Positions 30,326 through 40,377 of a stretch of 64,000 nt of DNA are shown one piece after another. Both the position numbers and the translations under genes were made by a program. Origin of the DNA: Acholeplasma sp. GTDB taxonomy: Bacteria > Bacillota_I > Bacilli_A > Acholeplasmatales > UBA5453. The DNA lies in NCBI GenBank assembly GCA_036677365.1, contig JAVBWN010000014.1, positions 1-64,000 of the forward strand, written 5' to 3'. Numbering within the stretch: position 1 is the first letter of the stretch; each line of letters begins with the position of its first letter. The notes below the pieces were generated by a model. It did not search any database and was not told the DNA's origin. It saw only the letters and a list, made by a program, of their open reading frames with translations.

Positions 30326-31430
30326 TTGCTAATTCTTTAAGGATATCGACTTTATCGATACTTTCCCAAGGCAGAGTTTCTATTAAAACGCCAACTTGTC
30401 CATATGAAGCAAGCTCAAAGAAATCATATATTCCAATTTCTTTTGTGATTGATGATGGTCTAAAATCAAACACATTATGAATCAGTCTTAATAACGTTTC
30501 TTCATTATAAACTGATGTGCCAAATGTATTTATTGAAACACTCACAGGTTTATCTATACCAATAGCATATGCAATTCCTATTTCACATTTGTCTGCTAGA
30601 TTTGCTGCAACAATGTTTTTTGCGATATACCTTGCATAGTAACTTGCACTTCTATCTACTTTCGAGAAATCTTTCCCACTCCAAGCACCACCACCGTGTA
30701 ATGCCAAACCGCCATAACTATCACATTGCAGTTTACGACCAGTAAGTCCTGAATCTGCATATGAACCACCTTTTACAAACTCTCCAGTTGGATTGATAAG
30801 GACTCTAGTGTCATTTGTGATTAATCTTTTTGGAATGACTTCATGTACACAAGATAAAACTAAAGGTTCATATACTCTTCTTGGGATTCCAGGTTTTGTT
30901 TGGATTGAAACAACAACTGTGGTTATTTTTTTTGGAATATCTTTATCATATTCTACAGAGACTTGACATTTACCATCAATTCCAAAGAATGTGGATAAAA
31001 TTGTGGAAAACTCTTTTGTAAGATTATCTAGTTTTCTAGCTAGTTTTCTTGATAATACAATCGGTAAAGGCATTAGTTCTTCAGTTCCTTTTTCTGCATA
31101 GCCATACATAATCCCTTGGTCTCCAGCACCACCCTTATCTACACCAAGAGCAATATCACTTGATTGAACACTAATCTTCTCCAGGATGTGAAACTCATTA
31201 CTATTTAGTCCGATGAGGTCTAGACAGTCCTTGGCAATCTTCGTATAATCAATGATTGCTTGAGTACTTACCTCTCCTGCAATTACAAGTAGGTCATCCT
31301 TAATCAAGCATTCAATACCAGCTCGAGTGTGTTTGTCTTGGTTCAATAACTTCGTTAGAATATAATCTGCTACTTGATCACAGATTTTGTCTGGATGTCC
31401 TTTAAATACGGACTCGCTTGTTTTTATCAT
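30315..31430 (-). CDS. metK: S-adenosylmethionine synthetase (phage-encoded)
   Basis: SESVFKGHPDKICDQ, GAGDQG, DSGLTGRK, HGGGAWSGKD. Confidence 0.92.
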   Translation of the reverse strand: MIKTSESVFKGHPDKICDQVADYILTKLLNQDKHTRAGIECLIKDDLLVIAGEVSTQAIIDYTKIAKDCLDLIGLNSNEFHILEKISVQSSDIALGVDKGGAGDQGIMYGYAEKGTEELMPLPIVLSRKLARKLDNLTKEFSTILSTFFGIDGKCQVSVEYDKDIPKKITTVVVSIQTKPGIPRRVYEPLVLSCVHEVIPKRLITNDTRVLINPTGEFVKGGSYADSGLTGRKLQCDSYGGLALHGGGAWSGKDFSKVDRSASYYARYIAKNIVAANLADKCEIGIAYAIGIDKPVSVSINTFGTSVYNEETLLRLIHNVFDFRPSSITKEIGIYDFFELASYGQVGVLIETLPWESIDKVDILKELANDY

Positions 31431-31433
31431 AGA

Positions 31434-32762
31434 CTAATCATTCTCCTTTGTATGTTTAAATACATTAATATCCGACAGTGGCTCTTTGATGCCATTTCTT
31501 ATGAGATAACAGTCTTCAGTACTACCTTTCAAATTGATATATCTTTTTACGATTACATCTATATAATTTTCATCTAGTTCATTGAGAAATGCATTTCGCT
31601 TTAACTCTTCACATGCAATTAAAGTCGAACCGCTACCACCAAATGGATCCATGACATTCTCGCCAACTTTTGAGCTGTACTTTAACAAATCAGCAAGTAA
31701 TGAGATAGGTTTCATTGTTGGGTGTAAATCATTTTTTGTCGGTTTGTTGTGGTTCAAAACACTGTTCTTAAGTGAGTAGATATCTTCTAATCGTTGTATG
31801 AGTTCTTCTTTTTTCATGGATTTGAAATCTAAACTTGGTGCATCAATAACAGTTGTAATAGTACGATCATCAATAAAGTAGTGTGCTTTACCTTCTTTCC
31901 ATCCATAATAAATACACTCATGTCTCCATTGGAAGTCTTGTCTTCCTAGAACAAGTGAATTCTTATTCCAAATTAGTTGCTGTCTTGGTTTTAAGTTGTT
32001 GAGTTGAAGTGCTCTATCAAACTCTACCAGTGTACTTGAACCATGGCAAACATAATATGAACCGCCTTCTTTTAGGACTTCTCTCATGTTCCTAAAAACT
32101 TTTACTAAGAATGCTAAGAAATCATCCGATGGCATATTATCATTTTTAATTCTTCTATTATCGAATTGTTCATTACCATCTCCTTTAGCCCCAACATCAA
32201 CATTGTAAGGAGGATCTGTTAGTACCAAATCAATTTGCTTTCCATCAACAAGACGTTTGATATCTTCTTCCTTCGCTGAGTCTCCACAGGTTAATCGATG
32301 ATTACCTAAAATATAGATATCTCCAATTTGTGAGTAAGGTGTCTCCGGTATATGTTCATTTGGGTCAAAATCATCTTCAAAAACCTCATTAGGTTCAACA
32401 TCGGATTCAAATCCAAAAAGTGACATATCTAGTCCATCGATGTTTTCTAATTCTAGTTTCAATTTTTCTAAATCCCATGATGCAATTTCTCCAACTTTAT
32501 TGTCGGCCAAACGAAATGCTTTAACCTGTTGTGGTGTTAAGTCATTGGCAACAATACAAGGAACTTCTTCCAGTCCTAATGAGATTGCTGCTTTAAACCT
32601 AGTATGCCCAGCGATAATAATATTGTTTCCATCGACAATGATAGGAACTTTGAATCCAAACTCTTTGATGGAGTTTGCTACTGCATCAACAGCTGCAGTA
32701 TTATCCCTGGGATTATTCTCGTATTCCTTTAAATCACTTATCTTCTTGTTTATTAGTTGCAT
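31434..32762 (-). CDS. ParB-like domain + N4/N6 DNA methyltransferase (beta class)
   Basis: NNPR..IIAGHTR ParB/Srx domain; DPPY before DPFGGSGST; HPTMKP. Confidence 0.9.
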   Translation of the reverse strand: MQLINKKISDLKEYENNPRDNTAAVDAVANSIKEFGFKVPIIVDGNNIIIAGHTRFKAAISLGLEEVPCIVANDLTPQQVKAFRLADNKVGEIASWDLEKLKLELENIDGLDMSLFGFESDVEPNEVFEDDFDPNEHIPETPYSQIGDIYILGNHRLTCGDSAKEEDIKRLVDGKQIDLVLTDPPYNVDVGAKGDGNEQFDNRRIKNDNMPSDDFLAFLVKVFRNMREVLKEGGSYYVCHGSSTLVEFDRALQLNNLKPRQQLIWNKNSLVLGRQDFQWRHECIYYGWKEGKAHYFIDDRTITTVIDAPSLDFKSMKKEELIQRLEDIYSLKNSVLNHNKPTKNDLHPTMKPISLLADLLKYSSKVGENVMDPFGGSGSTLIACEELKRNAFLNELDENYIDVIVKRYINLKGSTEDCYLIRNGIKEPLSDINVFKHTKEND

Positions 32763-33243
32763 TGATATCTCCTATTTCCATTGGTTTCCAATCATTTTCT
32801 TTTTGTCGTTCTAGAACCTTTTGTTCTGACAGCTCTAGTTCATACTTCTTTTCACTATATTCCTTACCAAAATTGATGATCAGTAAATATCGTGCAACTC
32901 CCATATCACCAAGAATCGTTCTTGTTTGTTTAATCACTTTCTTTTTTGTCCCAGTTGGTGTTTGTTCAATGATTTGGTCTTCATTCACAATAGTGAATCC
33001 CATCGCACGTTCAAACATCTTCTCAAGAAGTGATTTTTTTAACATGTTTCTTCCGTCTTCGTAAGATTTCTCAACATCCTTATATTTCTTTCTAAGAGAA
33101 TACAATGTGTTTTCTGAAACTCCTAATTCAGTTGCAATGACACCCATACCACATGATCTACTCGCTAGTTCTTTGATGAGTTTTAGTTTTGATTGTAAGA
33201 CACCATCATTTTTCCATGTTTGATAATTATCCTTTCTCATCAT
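32734..33243 (-). CDS. HTH-containing phage protein (TerS-like/late-operon leader)
   Basis: IATELGVSENTLY HTH and L.ERAMG motif; precedes the ParB-MTase. Confidence 0.6.
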   Translation of the reverse strand: MMRKDNYQTWKNDGVLQSKLKLIKELASRSCGMGVIATELGVSENTLYSLRKKYKDVEKSYEDGRNMLKKSLLEKMFERAMGFTIVNEDQIIEQTPTGTKKKVIKQTRTILGDMGVARYLLIINFGKEYSEKKYELELSEQKVLERQKENDWKPMEIGDINATNKQEDK

Positions 33244-33330
33244 CAGTCCTCACTTCTTCATCTGATTCTTGAGGAACTACGACTATTTCTCGCACTGCTT
33301 GTGCAGTAGGTGTATAACCAGCTCACGTGC

Positions 33331-33375
33331 ATTTTACCGCATCAATGATAATCTGCTAGGTTGGCTCAGAGCATA
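33331..33375 (-). promoter_or_regulatory. Putative activator-dependent late promoter 2
   Basis: Identical 19-mer TATGCTCTGAGCCAACCTA (33375-33357), N16, GCGG, TAAAAT (33336-33331). Confidence 0.65.
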
Positions 33376-33472
33376 AAAAAACCAATCATCTCTGATCAGT
33401 TTTGTGCTTACTATTTGAATTGTCACTAATTATATGACTTACAAATGTGCAAGATTCTATATAACTACTATT

Positions 33473-33961
33473 TTATCTAAGTTTGTCGTAAGCTTCTGTT
33501 TTCATCCATTTGGAGTACTCATATGCTTCTAAAACGGCAATTGTCGTAAATAGCAATAGCGATAAAATGATAAAAAAAGTATATGTTTGCCTAAGTGAAC
33601 TTGTAGAATCTGCTAATCTCAAGTATGTTTGAGTCGCATCTTTAACTTCTAAAAGTGTTCTTGTTCCAACATAAGAGATAGATAACTCTTGGCCGTTTTC
33701 AACATTTTCTAAAAAATCATCATAATCAAATGCATGCTGGTAATGGGTCTCAATCTCATACGTTTTGCCATCAGAATCCTTCAGAAGGTAGTATGATGAA
33801 TCATCATTAATAAACCTAATGGAGTCAAATATGATCGAAATAGACTTTGAATTATTCAGTTGATGAATGCCATTTAGTGAACCAATGAGCATACCAATCG
33901 GTAATAACAAAATAGCGATATAGATTACGATTCGTATTGCGATAGCTTTGTTCCTTGTCAT
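33473..33961 (-). CDS. Hypothetical membrane protein (N- and C-terminal TM helices)
   Basis: Two hydrophobic helices; GGTGAGG RBS. Confidence 0.65.
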   Translation of the reverse strand: MTRNKAIAIRIVIYIAILLLPIGMLIGSLNGIHQLNNSKSISIIFDSIRFINDDSSYYLLKDSDGKTYEIETHYQHAFDYDDFLENVENGQELSISYVGTRTLLEVKDATQTYLRLADSTSSLRQTYTFFIILSLLLFTTIAVLEAYEYSKWMKTEAYDKLR

Positions 33962-34076
33962 ATTTAAACCTCACCTTAAACACTTTAATAAGTCCAATTT
34001 GTTATGGTTTTTGCTTTTTTGTGAATTACTTGATTTTACCACTAAATGGCTATTCAGTAACCACAGTGTTATATGT

Positions 34077-34115
34077 TTTTCCTATTTGAGACTTCATAAA
34101 CTGGTGTTATTGAAT
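34077..34115. repeat. Intergenic 39-bp cassette-boundary repeat, copy B
   Basis: TTTTCCTATTTGAGACTTCATAAACTGGTGTTATTGAAT. Confidence 0.85.
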
Positions 34116-34186
34116 GGATGATAAAACCAAAATAGTTATATTAGATAACTTGTACGTTGACTTAATTATCTGTATGATCTCAATCA

Positions 34187-34528
34187 TTATTCATTCTTAG
34201 ATTTTAACGTTTTTAGTTCAAGTTCAACATCTCTTAAGTATTCGTCACGATGGTAGTCTCTTAAACTATTAAACTTTTTATTAATCTCACTAAATTTATG
34301 AGTTGTGTCACGATCAAAAACTTTATGATAACTTTTATCTAGGATAAGTTCTAAAAATCTACTGTCATAACTTGGTTTGCCATCATTCTCATTGAAACGA
34401 CCTTTGATATAACCTATTGGTTGTATAAATGCTTCTTCCGGACTGAATGAGTTACATTCATAATCAAACTTGTTATTAATCCTTCTTTCTAGTGTTTTTA
34501 CCATCTGCTTTGTAATAATATATTTCAT
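34187..34528 (-). CDS. Hypothetical protein
   Basis: 113-aa ORF with AGGAGG RBS. Confidence 0.65.
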   Translation of the reverse strand: MKYIITKQMVKTLERRINNKFDYECNSFSPEEAFIQPIGYIKGRFNENDGKPSYDSRFLELILDKSYHKVFDRDTTHKFSEINKKFNSLRDYHRDEYLRDVELELKTLKSKNE

Positions 34529-34677
34529 CTTAATTCCTCCTTATTTGATTTTTTTTAATACCCTTTGAGATTCTATTTAATGTTAAGGTATGCTTGGATT
34601 TTAATTGAGGAAATACCATGTTGACAAAGAAGTTCTCTAATTGCTCCATTCCAACCCTTAAAGTGGAAAATCAATAC

Positions 34678-35868
34678 CTAAAAAGTATATCTATGATGAA
34701 TGGGAAGGTTCTTTATGTATTTAAAATATATGTTTTTCAATATTTTACTTGCCTCAATATTGCTCTTGCTTAGTAATCTAGTAAAATCAGTAATTGTTTT
34801 TTTTGCAATGGGAACATCTTGGTAAATCGGGCGATAATAATCTCCACCTTCATATTCTCCTGTTGATTCCCTTCTACCATTAATCACTACGTCGGCGGTC
34901 ACAAAAAAACATTCAGCAAATTCTTTATAATTAGTAATTACATCATAATAGTCTGTATTATGAATTAAACTTTTCAGTTTTCGAATTACTGATTTTGGGT
35001 TAAAATCGAATACTCCAGATTTATTATAAAAACCTAATATTGTGTAAGAAAGTTCACTCGCCATTTCTCTAAAGATAGTTTTATTTTCATCTGTAATAGT
35101 AGTTTCAAAAACGTTATAAACATCTTCCAAAATGTCGTTAAAATTTTGATACCTCGAATCTACCTTATACTCACACATTTTAGAAACAATAGTGTCTAGA
35201 AATTCTGTATGTTCATCAAGGTGTAATTTGCTAATTATGTTTTGAAATATGTGTCCCAAATAGTAAATATCTGTTCTCATACTATAGTTGTTTTCCTTAT
35301 TAATCACTTCCTCTGGTTCAGATGCTGGCCAATTTAAAATAAGTGAACTGTTAGTTCCGCCAAAATCAATGTTAGTTTTACTATAACCAAAGTCAATTAA
35401 CTTAACTTGCCCATTTTCACTTACGAGAATATTCTTGTTCCTTAAATCTCTATGAATTATTCTATTTTTTTCTAAATGTTTAAAGCCTTCAATACACTGC
35501 ACAAAAATGCTCATTACCTGAGATGGATTAGTATTTAAATAACTGAAAATATCGTTTCCATCTATGTGTTCCATTAATATAAATCCAGTGGTATCACTTG
35601 TATCCGAAAATACAAAATGAGAAAAAATCCTAACAACATTCTCATGATAAGATGTGTACATTGATTTCAACTCTTCATTGAATCTCCCCTTTGATTCATC
35701 ATCATTAATCGGAACTGCTTTGCAAACAAAATTCATTTTTAAAGTATAATCATATAAAAGAGCAACCTCTCCCTGACCGCCACTTCCGATATAACCTATA
35801 AAAGTAAATCTATTTTTCCATTTTGAATTGACTAAAGACTCAATTGTCATAGAATATATCATCTCCAT
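34678..35868 (-). CDS. Hanks-type Ser/Thr protein kinase with C-terminal extension
   Basis: GSGGQGEV, VCK, HENVV, HRDLRNKNIL, DFG, DIYYLG. Confidence 0.9.
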   Translation of the reverse strand: MEMIYSMTIESLVNSKWKNRFTFIGYIGSGGQGEVALLYDYTLKMNFVCKAVPINDDESKGRFNEELKSMYTSYHENVVRIFSHFVFSDTSDTTGFILMEHIDGNDIFSYLNTNPSQVMSIFVQCIEGFKHLEKNRIIHRDLRNKNILVSENGQVKLIDFGYSKTNIDFGGTNSSLILNWPASEPEEVINKENNYSMRTDIYYLGHIFQNIISKLHLDEHTEFLDTIVSKMCEYKVDSRYQNFNDILEDVYNVFETTITDENKTIFREMASELSYTILGFYNKSGVFDFNPKSVIRKLKSLIHNTDYYDVITNYKEFAECFFVTADVVINGRRESTGEYEGGDYYRPIYQDVPIAKKTITDFTRLLSKSNIEASKILKNIYFKYIKNLPIHHRYTF

Positions 35869-36055
35869 TTTCTTTAAATAATAAATTACTCGATTTATGC
35901 GCTATTTGAATGTCTTGTATCTAAAAATCAATATCTCAATCTTCCATTCTTGACGAGGAAACTTGTTTCATCGATTCAATTGATATCAAATCGTCATTTT
36001 TTACTATTTAACTTAATCTCTGTAAAATTACCAAATCTATTTCAAAATCATCACA

Positions 36056-38086
36056 TTAGAGAGGTCTTAAATCCTTATCTATTACACCTAGTTCTATGAA
36101 TACCTCATCAAGTTTTTTCAACGTTTCAAATGTAAAATCCGTTGATTTAATCGCCTTACCAACCAGGTTTTCATTAACCTTCTTATTCCTAATATATTTT
36201 ACTCTATCCTCACCATGCAATAATCCTTCTAATGATTTTTCTTCAGAATCACCACCGACCAATACCTTTTGCTTAGAATCGATTTCATTCAAAATACTAA
36301 ATTTTGTCTTCGTGTCTGCATCTAAAATAATTTTGAACATTGTTTTTGAATCTTTAAGAAATTTATATAAAATTTTTGCGTTACCAGCACCTTCTAGACT
36401 GTAAATGAAGTATTTTGATAAATCAACTTTCCTTATTTTCATGTATGTTTCAAATAGAGTCTTATCACTTTTTCCTTCTACGAGTAGGTAAGTAATATTC
36501 TTATTTAGAATTAATTCTTTATAGCTATTTATTCCTATCTCGTTGATTACAGATATCGAATCGCTTATTGTTATTTGCTTAACAACTGATCCACTATCAT
36601 CAATATCAACAAAATAATAATTTTCTAGATTGTTAGGAATCATATCAATACTATTGGTGCAATAGATTACTTTATTTGTTTTTGAAAGTTCAATTAAGTC
36701 CATCAAAATTTGTTTTTGTGCATCAGGATGTAAAAATGACGCTGGTTCATCAATGATTATAATGTCATCTTTATCCATAGAATTCTTGAGAAAAATGTAT
36801 GACAGATACCATCTTCTACCTAAGCTAGTTGACTCCAATGGGATGTCAACACCATTTTTTTCTTTAATTTTATAAACAAAAGATCTGTTGTCTTCAGATA
36901 TAATTGCTGTTAATGAAAGAATTCTGTCTTTATCAAAAAGTGGAACGATTGTTGCAAGATATTTATCAATTTGATTCTTCAATTGCTTCTTTCGGCTATC
37001 AGTAATATTACTCAAATCTTTAATATCTTCGTTTTGTTGTAAAATGCCATTTTTCTTTAAATAGTTCGATACACACTTATAGATTACATTATTGCCATCA
37101 GTTCTTCTATTATAATAATCATTCGTTGTTTGAAACAACAAAGTACTTTCATTATCTAAATATAGTGCATCATAATCAATACTAGATTTTATTAAATTTA
37201 AAAAAGTGTTGTATTTTTTATCTTTCTTATCATTCTCATCATAATAATTGTTTAATCGATTATTAAACAAACGATGGATTTTTTGAACAATCCTATTAAA
37301 CTCATCAAGTGCTTTAGTAGCATTATCATAGTAATCCTTTAATTCACTATTTATTCTATCAATAGTCTTATCATACTCATCATAATTTATATCTGTAAAA
37401 GTCGCTAAAAGCGGATCAATATAAAGTGATTCTTTGCTTAAAAACCTAAGGTTGGGTACATTTATATATGGCAGTGATTGTACTTCATCATAATCAATAT
37501 TGATCTTACCCTTCTTAAAGTTATCTGACATAAACCTCTCAAGCGTATTAACAATTGTTTCCATTTTTGTTTTCGAGTCATCACTGCTACGTTCAAATCC
37601 ATAGAAATTTGTAGCGCTAACAATGTCTATACGACTGCTAGTTTTATTTTTCTTTGAAAGTTCTTCTATGGTAATTTCACTTAATTTCTTATAATAACAT
37701 TCAAAGTTTTCTACTATTTTATTTTTAAGACCTCTTAACTGATTTTCCCATTTTGAGATAGATAACTCATGTATTTTGGCTTTTACTCTAGTGGCTCTGA
37801 AATCACGATAACTTGATTCCACCTCGACAATTCTCATATCTTTATCAAACTCAACTTCATCTGAGAAGTTCTTGATTTCATCATCATTCAATTCATAAAT
37901 CAATTTGTAATTTGCTCTTTCATTGTGATGTTGATCAACTGAAAAAAACTGTTTAATCGCTCGTAGAATATTAGTTTTCCCACTACCATTCTTTCCAACG
38001 AAACAAAGAAGATTTTGCGAAAAATCTATCTCAATCGGTTTTCTAATGGATTTGTATTGACTGATTATCATCTTCTTTAATTTCAT
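36056..38086 (-). CDS. OLD-family ATP-dependent nuclease (ABC ATPase + TOPRIM)
   Basis: Walker A GKNGSGKT, signature SLGRR, Walker B IIDEP..FLHP, TOPRIM LVEGKSD and DAD. Confidence 0.85.
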   Translation of the reverse strand: MKLKKMIISQYKSIRKPIEIDFSQNLLCFVGKNGSGKTNILRAIKQFFSVDQHHNERANYKLIYELNDDEIKNFSDEVEFDKDMRIVEVESSYRDFRATRVKAKIHELSISKWENQLRGLKNKIVENFECYYKKLSEITIEELSKKNKTSSRIDIVSATNFYGFERSSDDSKTKMETIVNTLERFMSDNFKKGKINIDYDEVQSLPYINVPNLRFLSKESLYIDPLLATFTDINYDEYDKTIDRINSELKDYYDNATKALDEFNRIVQKIHRLFNNRLNNYYDENDKKDKKYNTFLNLIKSSIDYDALYLDNESTLLFQTTNDYYNRRTDGNNVIYKCVSNYLKKNGILQQNEDIKDLSNITDSRKKQLKNQIDKYLATIVPLFDKDRILSLTAIISEDNRSFVYKIKEKNGVDIPLESTSLGRRWYLSYIFLKNSMDKDDIIIIDEPASFLHPDAQKQILMDLIELSKTNKVIYCTNSIDMIPNNLENYYFVDIDDSGSVVKQITISDSISVINEIGINSYKELILNKNITYLLVEGKSDKTLFETYMKIRKVDLSKYFIYSLEGAGNAKILYKFLKDSKTMFKIILDADTKTKFSILNEIDSKQKVLVGGDSEEKSLEGLLHGEDRVKYIRNKKVNENLVGKAIKSTDFTFETLKKLDEVFIELGVIDKDLRPL

Positions 38087-38222
38087 ATTACACCTTCTTG
38101 ATTGTTTCTTACTTGCAACTAGATGCTGATTTTCTTTTTATAATATATGTGTAAGTATAGTGCATTCTTAAATACACGGATTCATCACTAAAAGTTTATC
38201 GTACAGCCATTAAGATATATCT

Positions 38223-38261
38223 TTTTCTCATTTGAGACATCATAAACAGTGATTATTGCAT
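38223..38261. repeat. Intergenic 39-bp cassette-boundary repeat, copy E
   Basis: TTTTCTCATTTGAGACATCATAAACAGTGATTATTGCAT; 3 nt from the stop codon at 38265. Confidence 0.85.
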
Positions 38262-38264
38262 TCA

Positions 38265-39020
38265 TTATTTCTTAGAAATTATCAGGAATCTATGTTCGGT
38301 TGATTCAATATAACCAACTTCTTTAATTCTTTTATCTAAATCAATAAACTTATCAAAATGTCTTTCTACTGAAAAATCAATAAATTCCCAACTGATGATT
38401 TTAGCAAAATAAGCGATAGCTCCCAAATCAAAGAATTTTATTTTAGGGTAATACTCTTGTTGATCAATGACTTTAAATCCTTTATTTATTAAGCGTTGAA
38501 CTGATTTTTCAAGTGTCATTTCTGGAAATTGATCCGTATGGTTGTCATCAAAAAAAGTAGCAAGATCTTTGTTATTAAATGCACCAATTTGCTGCGTAAT
38601 AAAGATACCACCTTTTTTTAAAACACGATATACCTCATTTTCATCATATGATTCATGTCTATTAACGACCATATCAAAATGATTTGATGGAATGTTAGTC
38701 AATTGATTATTTTCTGTAATTGGGTAAACTTTAATCCCTTTAGGTGCTAGTATTTCTTGACATAGTTTAATATTAGGTTCATAAGCTTCTGTCACAGATG
38801 TTAATTGGTGTGGATGATTGAGTGTTAATAAGAACTCGCCACCACCTGTTCCCATATCAAGTAATGTATCTGTTGGGTTTAAATATTTTAAAAGGATTTT
38901 CTTGTAATCCCAAGGTAGTATTTCGTTTTCCCATCTATTATTCAAATAAGAAAAATCCCATCCCTTAAATGTATGTTCTTCTTCTTTAATTAAATACTTT
39001 TTTAGTTCGTTGTTGTACAT
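38265..39020 (-). CDS. Class I SAM-dependent methyltransferase
   Basis: LLDMGTGGGE SAM-binding motif; FDMVVNRH; RVLKKGGIFITQQ. Confidence 0.88.
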   Translation of the reverse strand: MYNNELKKYLIKEEEHTFKGWDFSYLNNRWENEILPWDYKKILLKYLNPTDTLLDMGTGGGEFLLTLNHPHQLTSVTEAYEPNIKLCQEILAPKGIKVYPITENNQLTNIPSNHFDMVVNRHESYDENEVYRVLKKGGIFITQQIGAFNNKDLATFFDDNHTDQFPEMTLEKSVQRLINKGFKVIDQQEYYPKIKFFDLGAIAYFAKIISWEFIDFSVERHFDKFIDLDKRIKEVGYIESTEHRFLIISKK

Positions 39021-39091
39021 ATGTTTGCTTCCTTATCAATTTGCTCATATTTACTCGATTCTACCTATCTATTACCTATACAAGTATATCA

Positions 39092-39130
39092 TTTTCCACT
39101 TTAAGACCTCATAAACCACTATTATTGAAT
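39092..39130. repeat. Intergenic 39-bp cassette-boundary repeat, copy F
   Basis: TTTTCCACTTTAAGACCTCATAAACCACTATTATTGAAT; 3 nt from the stop codon at 39134. Confidence 0.85.
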
Positions 39131-39133
39131 TGA

Positions 39134-40288
39134 TTATCTGTAGGTATATTTGAGATATAAATCACCTAATTTTGCTTTTTTAATCATTACTCTTTTTGGT
39201 AATTCTGGTCTTGATAATGCTAATGTACCAATTATAATCTGACGATAGTTTTCGTAAATATCAACAAACGCATCCAGAATTTCATAAACCTTAGGGATAT
39301 TTACAGTTATTTCTGATTGTATAGTATTGTCTTTAAACACGATGGTTGGTGAATATGTAGTTATATGGAAATTCTCTTTATTTCTCTTGATTGAAAAGAT
39401 TTTTAATTCATCTTTATAGCAATTCGAAATTGCATCTAACTTATCCGAAAATTGTTTCTTTTTTAACCTAACATTAACAAGTGCTGTAATCTTGATAATA
39501 TATGAAAATGCTGATGAATGTCTCTCATCTGATTTAGTCATAAATAATTCACGGATTCTTGATATAAGCATTGTCAATATTTCATCTTGCATTATAATAA
39601 TATCAGCAGCTTCAATATGTGACTTTTCAGATGTTTTTTGTCTAAATTGATATTTTTTATTATTTTTAGAATATCTCAACAACTCTCTAGATAGTCTTAT
39701 TGTTGCACCTACATACCAATCTATAGAATTAAAGTGTTCTAAAAAAAACTCTAGTAACCTTTCTTTTTTGTAAAATGTAACCAATGGTTTCACATCATCG
39801 GCGATGGTATTTAGGTTTTCATTTCTATTTCTTAATCTCTTGTTTAATTCAGAAGTAAAAACAATTACATGTGAATAATGACTGCTTATATCTATCTCTG
39901 AATATTGCCACATCCCATTAATAATAAACTCAGATAAATCTACAGATAATAAAAGTAAGTAGACTTCATTTTCTCTTATAATAGTCGATTTTCGAAGAAT
40001 CTCTAGTACTTCTGAACGTTCTAAATTGTGCCATTCAATCCTAAGAACTTCAGAAATTCTTTCTTTAACCTGAGAATAATTATCAGAAAAGTCAAACAAG
40101 AAATATCCATCATTAATCATATGATTTATTGAATTGAAAAATGCTAACTCATCAAGTGAAGAACATAATTCCGTAATTTTGCCAAATAAGAGTGAACGGA
40201 AATTTGGATCCATATTTATTCTTGGATTTATCAATTTTTCTAATCCTTGTCCATTTATAGTTCTATTCATCCTAATCACCTTTTCCAT
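39134..40288 (-). CDS. Hypothetical protein
   Basis: 384-aa AT-rich ORF; no recognised motif. Confidence 0.6.
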   Translation of the reverse strand: MEKVIRMNRTINGQGLEKLINPRINMDPNFRSLLFGKITELCSSLDELAFFNSINHMINDGYFLFDFSDNYSQVKERISEVLRIEWHNLERSEVLEILRKSTIIRENEVYLLLLSVDLSEFIINGMWQYSEIDISSHYSHVIVFTSELNKRLRNRNENLNTIADDVKPLVTFYKKERLLEFFLEHFNSIDWYVGATIRLSRELLRYSKNNKKYQFRQKTSEKSHIEAADIIIMQDEILTMLISRIRELFMTKSDERHSSAFSYIIKITALVNVRLKKKQFSDKLDAISNCYKDELKIFSIKRNKENFHITTYSPTIVFKDNTIQSEITVNIPKVYEILDAFVDIYENYRQIIIGTLALSRPELPKRVMIKKAKLGDLYLKYTYR

Positions 40289-40340
40289 ATTTGCTCACTT
40301 TAACTTGATTTAAACTATCTATTACCCTTGTTGGACTACC

Positions 40341-40377
40341 ATTGCTTACTCATGAGTTCATAAACCATTAATCAAGG
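40341..40377. repeat. Degenerate cassette-boundary repeat, copy G
   Basis: Keeps TCATAAACCA abutting the stop at 40378. The adjacent 40289-40327 closely matches the flank of copy F (ATTTGCTCA...ACTYGATT...CTATCTATTACC). Confidence 0.6.

Noticed and set aside
33243..33375. SAM riboswitch upstream of the MTase-metK operon
   Set aside because: Only a GCCAACC...GGT fragment resembles SAM-I. P1/P2 elements are absent, and the second copy of the motif keeps spacing but not pairing, favouring a promoter.
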